This document shows positions 53,434-64,000 of a stretch of 64,000 nucleotides of DNA, in pieces (position 1 is the stretch's first letter; each line of letters opens with the position of its first letter). The notes beneath the pieces were generated by a model, which saw only the letters and a list, made by a program, of their open reading frames with translations, made no database searches and had not been told where the DNA came from. The DNA is from Lama guanicoe (Eukaryota): positions 10,561,231-10,625,230 of the forward strand of contig MU054187.1 of the NCBI GenBank assembly GCA_013239625.1. The letters are read 5' to 3'. The position numbers and the translations under genes were made by a program.

Positions 53434-54986
53434 ATTTTTTTAAATTGGCCTTATGCAACCCTTAAGTTTATTTAAAGAACTGATTAAAAAATCCAAAGGT
53501 AGCTGAAAAAAAAATGTCAAAGAAACCCACAGTCTTTCTGCCTCTGTAACAAGGACTTAAAAGCATCCCAGTACTCTGAAAGCCTCCCTGGGTGCTGCAG
53601 ACGCTGGTGGTCTGTGTGTCCCTCAGCTCTGAGCCCCGTCCTAGATCCTTGGCTGTGGCTTTAGCCACACCTGCCGGAGCTTTGTAGCCTGGATGTTATG
53701 ATCAGAGCCCAGCCTGTTAGGGACATTTCTTCCTCTGCGTATATTCCTCCCAATTGGAAAAATGCCGATTCTTCAGTCCTGTCCTTCCAGTTCCAGGTTC
53801 GTGACAATTTTCTGCTGTTTCGAACGACTTTAAAAAGTAACAGTTGGATAAACATTTATGCAGCTCTTACTGTGTACCATAATTTATATTAAATACCATA
53901 CTAAGGTGCAAAAGTGGTGATGCTCTTAACCTTTTGTATCCATGCTGTCCTTCTTTGGGGTCTGGGTCTGCCTTAGTGGGTTTTTTTTTTTCACACAGTG
54001 GAAATTCTTTACCACCTCCTTCACCCTGTACTCATGGTGCCCCCAAAATGTGACTATAAGCTTACAGCAGTGCAGCTTCTTAAAATGTATGTAAAATGTA
54101 CTAAAATTACTGATTGAAAGGATCATTGGCAATTTTTTTAAGGAAACAAATGTTACCTTTAAAAGAGAAGATGTGTATGATAAGTTTAATCATTCTTTAA
54201 TGAGGAAATTAGTAAAGGACTTTCAGTAGCACCCTGAACTGCTAACAGGAAGGCCAGAATCCAGAGCTAGAAAGATGATGTCTCAGACACAGGCAATGAA
54301 CTTGTTACCATGTCCAGGCCTTACCTGCGTTGGCTGTGAAATTGTATGCTGTAAGAATGAAATGAATGATTAAAACAAATCCAATCTCATATTCACAAGA
54401 TTCTAGATTAAGTCCCCATAAAGGCAAATGAGATGAAAATGGATTCTTGTCCCCAAGCTCTTTGGAAGAAAAATCATTACATACATGCAAATTGCTTTTA
54501 TCACAGCTTTAATAAATTGTGAATTGAATAATGCATAGGTTATCTTATTGTAAAATAGGATGACTGTTATGTACTGTGGCTTTTTAATAAAACAATATTT
54601 TTGCCTTTCATCTGTTCTATATAAGATTATAGAGGTTTAGAGGCAAATAGCATGTTTTTTTGTGTGTACACATTTATTTGTTACTAATAAACAAAAATCA
54701 ATGTAATTAGAATCCAGCTACAAAATAGGCTGCAGAATTTTGTAGAATCATTTAGGCAGCAGAGAAAAGGAAAAATATAAAACTATAAAAGAACCTGTAA
54801 CTCTGGGGGTTTGTAACTTTTATTTTAGGCAGTAAATTCTTAGATGTGTTGAGAATTTGGATCGCATGTAAATAAAACACAAGTGAAGTTAGTTTCGGTC
54901 TGGAGTTGCTATGTTGTGTTATGCTGTGTTATGTTCTATCCCAAACAATCCTAATCATATCATGTATTGTTTTTCTTTCTTTCTAG

Positions 54987-55094
<108 letters not shown>

Positions 55095-55394
55095 TAGTTA
55101 AATATTTCATATGTGTTTTATAGGATTTCTTTGGCATCTGACAGCAACATATGATGTAACTTTGATATGAATATATTTGATATGCAGTTTAAGTTTATAT
55201 AAAATGCTATATTTAGGGTAAAATAATAACAAACTGTAAAAGTAATAGGACGTGTATATGAGTTAAATCTACAGCTAATTTTAAATTTTTGTTTTTATCT
55301 ATTAGTTTGACCTCTAAAACATTTCCAGTGTCTAGTATATTAAATAGGGACTCAATAAATATTCACTTAATCTGTGATCTAAGAATGATACTCA

Positions 55395-56410
55395 CTCATC
55401 GAAAATTTCTAAAATGCCTCCTTATGGCCAAGCACTAATCTAGGTACTGGATACAATAGAGAACTAAACAAGTAGAAATCAGTAATAAGAGAGATAAATG
55501 AGTTAATCTGATAATAAATTAGAAGATGATAATATCAATGCATGAAGGGAAATAGAAAAGAACGAGGATGAAGATGAAGGGGCAGGTGAAAGGTTGCATG
55601 TGTGTAACACGCTCGGGAGGGAAACCTTCCTAAGGAGGAATGTGAAGATCAGAAGCACGCCGTGCAGACAGGGACCCAGCCGCACAGATAGAGTTAGCCC
55701 TCGTGAATTGGTTCCAGACACCCCTCAGCTGCCAAAATCCAAGGATGCTCAGGTCTCTCTTATAAAATAGTGTCCTCCCACATACTTTAAATTACTTCTG
55801 GGTTACTTATAATACTTAACACAGTGCAAATGCCATGTAAGTAGTTGCTGGTCTGAGGCAAATTCAACTTTTGCTTTTTGGAACTTTCTAGAATTTTTTT
55901 GCTATATTTTTGACCTATGGTTGGTTGAATCTGTAGATGCAGAACCCGTGGATATGAAGAGCTACTGTATTTGGGAGGGCGTGTTCCAGACTCACTGGAA
56001 TAGTAAGAGCAAAGGCCCCGAGGTGGGGGCATGTGTGGCAGGCTCTCGGGACAGCAGGGAGGCCTGTGTGGCTGGAGTGGAGTGAGGGAGGGGAAAAGAA
56101 TAGGTGAGAACAAAGAGGAGGCCAGACCTTCGAAGGAGCTGAGCCTTTCTGACTAAGCCCCTGAGCAGGGGGAATGGCACATGGTAAAGGTGGCCTCTCT
56201 TGCTGTGTTGAATAGACATTCCTGGGGGAAAGAGCAGAAGCAGAGAAACCAGTTAGGACGGCCCTGCAGTGACTCAGGTGAGAGATGATGGTGACATGCC
56301 CTTGAGGGTAGCTGTGGCGATGGGAAAAGTATTTGATTCTCTATGCATTAAATTTTGAGGATAGAGAGAATAGAATTTTATTGAAGTTTCATCTCCACTG
56401 ATAAATGAGA
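55395..56410 (-). mobile_element. L2 LINE fragment hosting MER2
   Basis: ccaagcactaatctaggtactggatac...ggaggcctgtgtggctggagtggagtgagggagggga...caggtgagagatgatggtg. Confidence 0.65.
55691..55967. mobile_element. MER2 (TcMar-Tigger) DNA transposon
   Basis: ccaaaatccaaggatgctcaggtctcttataaaat...ggttggttgaatctgtagatgcagaacccgtggatatg; TA dinucleotides at 55689-55690 and 55968-55969. Confidence 0.85.
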
Positions 56411-57239
56411 GAGAGCAAGAACATGAATTACAATGTTGAGGGTTTAGGTTGTATTCAAGGGAGAATCTGCCTGGTAAAGTGGATGATTTGATAAGGATAA
56501 TATTATTTGAACAAATTGCATGGTGTTCTGTGGGTAGGTATAAAATGGAATGTATTTTCATTTGCTTGAATAATGCAGGCATAATTTTGCTACAAGGCAG
56601 AGAAACTCTGTTTTCACAATATAACCTGATGTTTTTTCTTTTAAATTTTGCCTAAGGAACCATAAGCTCTCAGGAGTACTCTTTTCCATGGTTTAAATTT
56701 GACATTTCTGGTGAATGGTCTGTTGAGAAAACCAGAGATGAACCAACATTATAAGCTTGATAAAATATTTACTTACTGCATATATACTATGAGAGATTTA
56801 GCTTTGACATATTGAAAAATATACTAAATATTAAACATAATTAAGACCATGTAAGTAATATCGGGGTATAAATATACACGTGACAAATACAAGAACTGTG
56901 ATACACCTTTGGCAACCCATTTTTATGTATTTCCCAGAAGCATAACCTCAACTTCTAAGAGTACGTCCCTAGTGGAAGGTCAGTTTCAATGCTACACTAC
57001 TAGACATTCCAAGTGAATTAAAACTGTCGTGGTAAGAGCGTAGTTATCATTTTAAGTTGACTCAGGAAAGAAGAGAGTTATTTATACCCAAATGTCGTCA
57101 CGTCTTATTGAAGTGACATAAGAAAACTAGAGCTTTATTATTAATTGTGTGTGATTTGATCTTTCTCTAAACCTAGAAGCAGAAGCGTCAGATTGACTAA
57201 TTAATTTGCATCACTGTAATGAAGACTGGTTGACTTCCT

Positions 57240-57410
57240 GGCTAGGAGGGAAGGTTGGGCTTTGGCATCAACAAACCTGAGTTCGAACCCTGACCCCATT
57301 CCCATCTGCAAACACAAGAATATTAGCTTTTCCTGACTCAGAGGGTTGTGAGTCTTAAAGGAGATAATGTATTTGAAAGTCTCTAGCATTATGTAAGGCT
57401 CATGATAGTC
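57240..57410 (+). mobile_element. MIR SINE
   Basis: tgggctttggcatcaacaaacctgagttcgaaccctg...cccatctgcaaa...agggttgtgagtcttaaaggagataatgtatttgaaagt. Confidence 0.7.
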
Positions 57411-57584
57411 TTGTAGATAATTGAATATGTCGTCTTTGCTTTATTACTTTGTATTCTTTCCCAAAAGCCACAGTTAGCATTACTCATTGTCTCATGTTTG
57501 CATTAAACAATAATGAGATTCTGAAGAAATATGGCATCCCAAGCTAGAAGAACTCAAATATCTGGATAGAAGACATTTCATTTT

Positions 57585-58280
57585 CTTTGAACAAATAATT
57601 GTTAAGTATATATAGCAAGCTTAGTGCTGAACTAAGTTCTAGGGATATAATATGGACTAAATAAAACAAAGTCCCTGTTGGTATGGAGCTGAGTGACTAG
57701 TGAAAGATAGGAAGGGAGAAACAGGTGGTGTGACCCACATTAGGAAAGGGAAAGTACAGAATACTTACCATGTCACATTATGTCATTAGTGAAGGAGGAA
57801 TAAATAAACTAAATGATCCGGTTGTATATAATTAACTTTAGTTTGTGGCAGATCTTTATATTTTGGAGAAGAGCAGAATGACAGCAGCTCTTCCTCTTTT
57901 CGGTGATGAATAGAGGTATTTTATAGTAATTATTAGGGGAATGTGTATGTTTGAGCCTCCGCTCTTTCTGCCTGGGCCAGCCATTGCACCTGGAACTGGG
58001 ATTTCCATGCAGAATGATTTAGGCGTGCCTCTGTCTTCGTGGAGCTCACAGCCCAGTTGGGAGACAACACCTAAGGAATCAGCTGCAAAGATAATGGGGG
58101 TCGTGATACATCCGACGCAGGGAATAAGTAATGCGTAAGAATAAGGTGAGGTGGCCCCTTGAGGGGTCACCAGACAAGGGGTCTCCACAGAAGTACCGTT
58201 TGCTCTGATCTGAAGGACAAGAAAGACCCAACCTTGTAGAGGGTCAAGGAAGAGCAATTCAGGGAAGGGGAACTGACAAC
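57585..58280 (-). mobile_element. L2 fragments
   Basis: aacaaataattgttaag...aaagtccctgttggtatggagct and cctctgtcttcgtggagctcacagcccagttgggagac motifs. Confidence 0.55.
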
Positions 58281-60014
58281 TTCTTAGGCAAAGCCTTATT
58301 TTCAAACTCTCTGGCCCCTTCAGTGATGGGAGGGGGGCATGTTTATGGGGATGAGATGCCACCATCGAAACTCCACTCCAGAATGAATCCCTTTATGGGA
58401 CGGAATCAGAGACCTTTTCCTCATGCAGTAATGTTTTGAAGGCTTTTAAAACTTACATAGCGCTAGTCATCAAGTTTTGTTTTTCATAGTCGATAAATCT
58501 CCACAAATAAAAGGCATAATTTCTAACTGCACATTATCACACACTTTTCCAGGTGCACCGGATACTTTGAGGGAAACAGTCTTCATTCTTTCACATAGTG
58601 CTCTTAGTTGTAACTGCATTTTAAATTTAGATTACTTGATAATTTTCAGTCATTTCAGTTCCTTAATTCCTGGTATAGTAGCTTGATTTGTTCTTTGCTA
58701 GCCCAGTAATACGGAACTCCAACTGCTGCACTGTTATTTTCCTTTCAATAACGTTATCCATTTGGAAACACAGTTTGAGTATTGGGTGCCAATGAGTAAA
58801 GGGGTGGAATTTAACAAAAAATAAAACATGTATAAACAACATTGTATGAAAAGGGGAACTAGAAGACACAAATATTTAGTATATTTAACTTTATATTTTC
58901 TTTAGTGTTCATGCATCTTTTTTCTTTATTTTAGAACCAGAAAAAAGCATTTTCTCAATCATTAAAATTGAGTTAATTTCCAACTCTTCAACTGCGAAAT
59001 TTATTTCTTTTCTAAACCAAAATTTGTCTCCCTTATAAAATCGTAACAAAAATAAAATAATAATTAAATGGTATAAAAGAGACTAATTGACAGATGTTAA
59101 TACAATGCTACCTCTATTGATATGCAGAATTAGATACATTTAGTAAGGAACCTAGAATCTGTGATCAATAATGGTATTTAATCTTGAACTCTACTTTTAT
59201 ATCTCAAGAAGCACGTTAAAACTAATAAATGTTGAGTCAAGAACATATATTAAATGCCTGCTCTTTACTGGCCTTAATTTTTAACTGGTTAATGTGACTA
59301 GCCTTTTAGGAATCATTTACATTCTTTTTTAATGAAGTGGAAGTTATTTGTCATGGATAAGATCACAAAATGAAGAGGATTTACAATAGCACTGTGAAAA
59401 ACTCCTGCAACATTTCAGCTTTTCAAGGTGGTTGCTTTTTGTTTTTGTTTTGAGTGATTAAATGTAAGACCTTTGAAAATCGCTAAAAGAATTTGGACAG
59501 ATGATTTTTAATGACTGTAGGGCATCAACAGAGGTAATGCGTTTTTGATCTGGTGCTCAGGGGATGGAGCTTACAAAACCCGTGCTAATTTTGATAATGG
59601 TTGCTATGTACTCAGTTTCTGGCACACTGCTTAGGAAGTCGACCCCAAGGACTCATTCTGACTGAAATATGAATGAGGCAGCTGCCTTGGGAGGTTCTGA
59701 CTCCAAACCATGTGTAGCTCAACTTCTCATTTAGTTAAGAGAGACATCTGGTGTGTTAAAGTGTGACGAAGTTTTCTGTTACAGAATTTTATATACAGTA
59801 CGGTAATAAATCTGTCGCTTTAGCTAATGAGAATCTGGTTTAATACTCTTTCACCGAATAGCAGTGTGGGTCTGCCAAACCTGAACTTGATGTACATGGG
59901 TATTTTAATATATTAGTCTCTAGGAGTTTTCAGGATTCTTTTTAAAGTTTAACAAATACACTACACAACGTATCCTGATTTTAGGAAGTAAAATAACATT
60001 GCATGTCATTTTAG

Positions 60015-60158
60015 ATGTTCCTCTCACGTATCGGGTGGAAGGAAGCCGGCAAGCTCTGAAGGTTTACTTCTACAGTGACAGTTACCATTTTGAACAGTTG
60101 CCTCAACGGTTGAAAAATGGAGGAGGGTTTAAAATTCATCCTGTTCTTTTTGCACAAG
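60015..60158 (+). CDS. PREX2: PREX2 coding exon (~34), 144 nt
   Basis: ttttag|ATGTTCCT...GCACAAG|gtaaac; encodes (N)[47 protein letters not shown]; phase 1-1. Confidence 0.97.
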
Positions 60159-62740
60159 GTAAACTGCTTTCCTTTTCATACTTAAATTATTTTATCTTCA
60201 TCAATTCTTTAAATCGATGTAATTGTAAGCATCATTTTTTCCGTTAATCCAAAAATTTCTTCATAGCACCTATGTAATATATTTACTTTTAGGAATGTTT
60301 TTTATTAAGGAAAGAGTTACAGTTTAAATAGTTGTCAAATAGAATGGCAGCATGATTTATAATGGAGAAACAAGGCATTAAATAAATAAAGATAAATTAA
60401 TTTGGCTTAAATAAATGAGGGTAGAGCCATTATGGTTAAAAATATTTTATGAGATAGAAAAAGTTTGATAATGTACACATGCATATTACAAAAAATAATT
60501 TGTTATATTCTCAATTATGTTGTACATGTATGTATATATTTACATGCATGTAAAATGTTGGATGATTAAATTGGTGGTGATTTTTTATTCTTTGAGTTTT
60601 TCTGTGCTAGGTCAACTTTTTGTCAGTAACACTGTATTCCTTTCATAATTAAAAATATTGTTTTGACAAATGAACAATGAGTGTTAACCACAGTACAAGA
60701 AATTACGAATAACATGAATAAGAAGAATCTTGCAGTGAACTGACTTCCCAGGGAAGGTCCTGGGTCTTTTTTATTTCTAGGGTCACAAATGCTGTCAGAA
60801 AAGACCAGAAATCCAGATTATTGTGTAGTTTCTTTTTGTTCATGCTTTAAAAAAAAATTATGCTGTGATCACAAGATTAAATCAGTTTCTCTGTGGGGTA
60901 CAGAACATTTCATTTTTTCTTCTTTGGCGTTTTCAAGCCTGCATTGGTTTTACAATGGAATTTTTATATCCTAATAAAAAATGAGAAAAGTAGAGGAATA
61001 AAATCAATCTCAGGAACCGAAGAAGAGATAGGCATATGAAATCTAAATTCACTACCAAGCAAAAACTCTGCTTTGTACCACATGCGTGTTGTTATAATTC
61101 TAGAAGATAGATTACCCTTTCTGCGACTGCAATAGTTTAAAAACAATGCCTACTTCAAACAGATACTTGGCAAGAATACATTTAAGTGGAGGAAAATTTC
61201 AGCAAAGAGATCTTAGGAGTTATTAGAAGATATTTCCACTTTTCTTTGGGGAACTATGGTAAGGTCCGTGTACGTAATAAAAGAACCTATAATGAAGAGA
61301 AATACAAAAGAAAAAGAAGCTGAAGAAAAATAGACCTTTGGAACTATGTGAAGAGAAGAGTTTAGCCTAAAATATATTAAAAGCCATTGCCGAGAGAGGT
61401 CGTTTCAGAAGAAAGGAAAGGCTGGAATGTTAACTTTTATCGGGTTTCACCAGAGCTTGCAGTTCTTAAAGCCTCTTCACTTCTTTTCTTTCCTTTTCTT
61501 TCTCTCTTTTTAAAAATTCTGTCTTTGAAATCATTACTGAGAGGACAGATGGCATTAATCATCTCTTCTAAAAAAGTGATTGCATTTGTGACACGTTAGC
61601 CATAAATAGCTGAATATTCATACCCAGCAACAACTGTGCATGGGAAAAAGATTTTTTTGCAAGTAACCTCAATTTTATAATTGTGGCTAAAGCTAATTTA
61701 AAAACAATCCCTAAATACATATGATTTCAGTGAGTACAGTATTGCTTTTACAATGTCATTTAAAGAAAAACCCTAGCAAAAATGTTAGGTTTGGGCATTC
61801 GCACAGCAGTAAAAATATGAAAAATGGTTTGAAGAAGCGACAGTGGAAACACTTCTGCAGTGGAGGTCGCAGGTAGGTGAAGAAGATTGGAAAACAATGT
61901 CTCATTAAAAATCTGTCAGCGATAAGGTTGTTTATTTAAAGGAGTTGCAGAGGTTCCTCTGCATTCATAGAACTCCCCCGAGGAATCTTTAGTAGCTCTG
62001 AGTATTCATCAGATAGAGAGATGCACCGGAAATTCAGCCCCAGCTTGAGTCGAGATTCCCATCTGGTAATTGAAAGTGGTGGGAAATGGAAGCGATTTCA
62101 AATGGAGTCTATTCCTGGTTTACTTGATGGAAGTTTTAGTTTTATGTGTACATGAGTCTTTGCTAGCAAATAAAAAGGAGAAAAGTAAACAAATTTGAAA
62201 GTTTCCCAGGAAATGTATTTAAGTGAGCCTTCCTAAAGTTGTCTGTCGTGCTGTGTACTTAGAGCAAGAAGCAAATGTCCTGCCTTCTCATTTTTCTTAC
62301 CTGCATGGATCTTTGGGCAGAGGGCACCGTGATGGATGGGGCGTCCTGCCGAGATGGGACCAATCAGTGGATCAGGAATTCCAGGGTTGGAGGCAAGGAG
62401 CGTACACTTTAGGGAACGTACAGTGCTGGAACCAGAGCTGCAGGAGAACAGGAGTCCAGGCAGGTGAAATGAGTGATGCCGATTTCCAAGGTGAGGAACA
62501 CAGGAACAGCCAGACGGGAGAGTCAGCACAAAGCATAACCAAGATGCTGGAAGGAGGAGGTCACTAAAGCACTCTTCTAGAAGTCCTTCGACAGGTCGGA
62601 GAATTAATCCTCTTGGGGTCCCTGAGCCCTTGGTGAGATAAGCAAGTAGCTCTAAACTGGGTGAAAATGGGGATCGCAGGGGGATGGATGTGCAGGGTCC
62701 CTCCCTCCTCGCCTCCTTGGCTTATTTTCCTGATGTCTCT

Positions 62741-62920
62741 TAGTGGTTCTCAAGGCTGGCGGCCCTTTACTCACCTTGGGCCTTTCAGAAAACACCCAAG
62801 CTTGGTCCCACATCAAACCAATTAAATCAGAATCTCTAGGAAGGGGGGCCCAAATACTAGTATATTTTAGAAGCTTTCCAGGGATTCTAATGTCCACTGG
62901 GCGTGAGAAAGCACAGAGCT
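62741..62920. mobile_element. MER5-family (MER5A/B) DNA transposon
   Basis: agtggttctcaa...ccaattaaatcagaatctctagg...gggcccaa...ttccagggattctaatgt. Confidence 0.75.
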
Positions 62921-63609
62921 CTGTGGATTATGAAACACTGTGCAATTATCCAGTTAATCTTTGTTTAGCTAGATTAAAGCATTTCACAAGTCTTTGACAC
63001 TTTCTGGATTCTGGGGAGCTGGGGCAGCGGGGCTGGGTCTTTTTGCTTCTGCATTGTTAGGTCATTAGGATGCAGGCTGTGATTTGGGTGGGACCGTTTT
63101 CTTTAGCAAAGGCTAGAGATGCCCTAGATTGCTGACCGCCGAGGGATGTCTTCTGACCATCACAGCAGCTGGGCCGCAAGCCCTTCATTTCGGAAAGGGG
63201 ATTTCAGTGGGTGGGATAGAGCATCTGCCGTGTTCACATCTCGTGCCTTCAGATCCGTTCTTTTGTGGGAGGAGGACTGGGAGGGTGTCTTTCGTGACTG
63301 TGATGGGCGTCTGTTCCCGGGGGGATGATTTAGAAGCGGTACGTCAGTGGGACAAGCTTATAGCCGGTGATGCCCCAGCTGGTCTTGGGCAGCAGATTCT
63401 CATTTTCCCTCTTCTATCCCTTGTACGTTACCCTCACTCTCAGCCTGAGTCTCTGCTGGTCTCGGTGGCATGAATAAGACCTTCAGCTCTGAGGGGCCTG
63501 ATTCCCTGGTCACTGTGTCCTTCTCAGGCCAGGACTGCCCAGTTGTCCATTTACCATCAAATTTGGGCAGAGGTGGTACAAAGGAGAGACCTGGGTGGAT
63601 TACCTGGAT

Positions 63610-63894
63610 GCCAAACTTGTGGGCTCCAGCATTCCTTGGCTTGTGGCAGCATAATTACAATCTGCTCCACCTCCACGTGGTCCCTCTGCGCGTGTCTGTC
63701 TCTGTGTCTCTGTCCAAATTTCCCTCTTCTTCTAAGGACAACAGGCATTGGCTTACGGCCCACCCTATTGCAGTATGACCTCATTTGACTGATTACATCT
63801 ATAAGACCCTGTATCAAAATTAGGTCACATCTGCAGCCACAAGGGGTTAGGACTTCATCATATTTTTTGGAAGGACACAGTTCAACCATCAATA
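63610..63894 (-). mobile_element. MaLR LTR fragment (MLT1C/D-like)
   Basis: cattccttggcttgtggcagcataa...cccaccctattgcagtatgacctcatt...taggtcacat...ggttaggacttca...ggacacagttcaacc. Confidence 0.8.
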
Positions 63895-64000
63895 GGTGCT
63901 AAGCATGGCCATTTCTGTTTCCACCCCTGGTTCCTGAACCCATGTATTGTACCTCTTAGGGACATGGCATCAGATGACAGTCTTTGCTTTTAGTTATAGA

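Noticed and set aside
57856..58365. 169-aa minus-strand ORF, the longest in the track
   Set aside because: It overlaps L2 fragments, has no recognisable homology and its length is compatible with chance in 64 kb.
61941..61976. Inverted repeat tgcagagg-tt-cctctgca with outer ggagt/actcc arms
   Set aside because: Several 8-bp stems are expected by chance in 64 kb, and it is too short for a pre-miRNA.

Overview
This is AT-rich mammalian genomic DNA lying entirely inside one + strand gene, PREX2 (PIP3-dependent Rac exchanger 2, DEPDC2). I traced 20 internal coding exons (4215-60158; 2659 nt, about 886 codons), all GT-AG with consistent phases and no stops. They cover the end of DEP2, PDZ1, PDZ2 and most of the IP4P-like domain, roughly human exons 15-34 by recalled numbering. 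Start and stop codons lie outside the window. Three tRNA-derived SINEs of Vic-1 type point to a camelid (camel, alpaca or llama). The introns hold ordinary mammalian repeats (MIR, L2, L1, MaLR/ERV LTRs, MER DNA transposons). Family calls are by eye from recalled consensus sequences and most boundaries are approximate. I see no prokaryotic-type or wholly new system. The best leads are four: (1) an unannotated candidate alternative last exon resembling the human PREX2b tail (31231-31407); (2) two antisense SINEs that each form a complete candidate poison exon; (3) a diverged ~125-bp duplication of the sequence just upstream of an exon's weak acceptor; (4) a sense-oriented MER21-like LTR carrying a nested L1.
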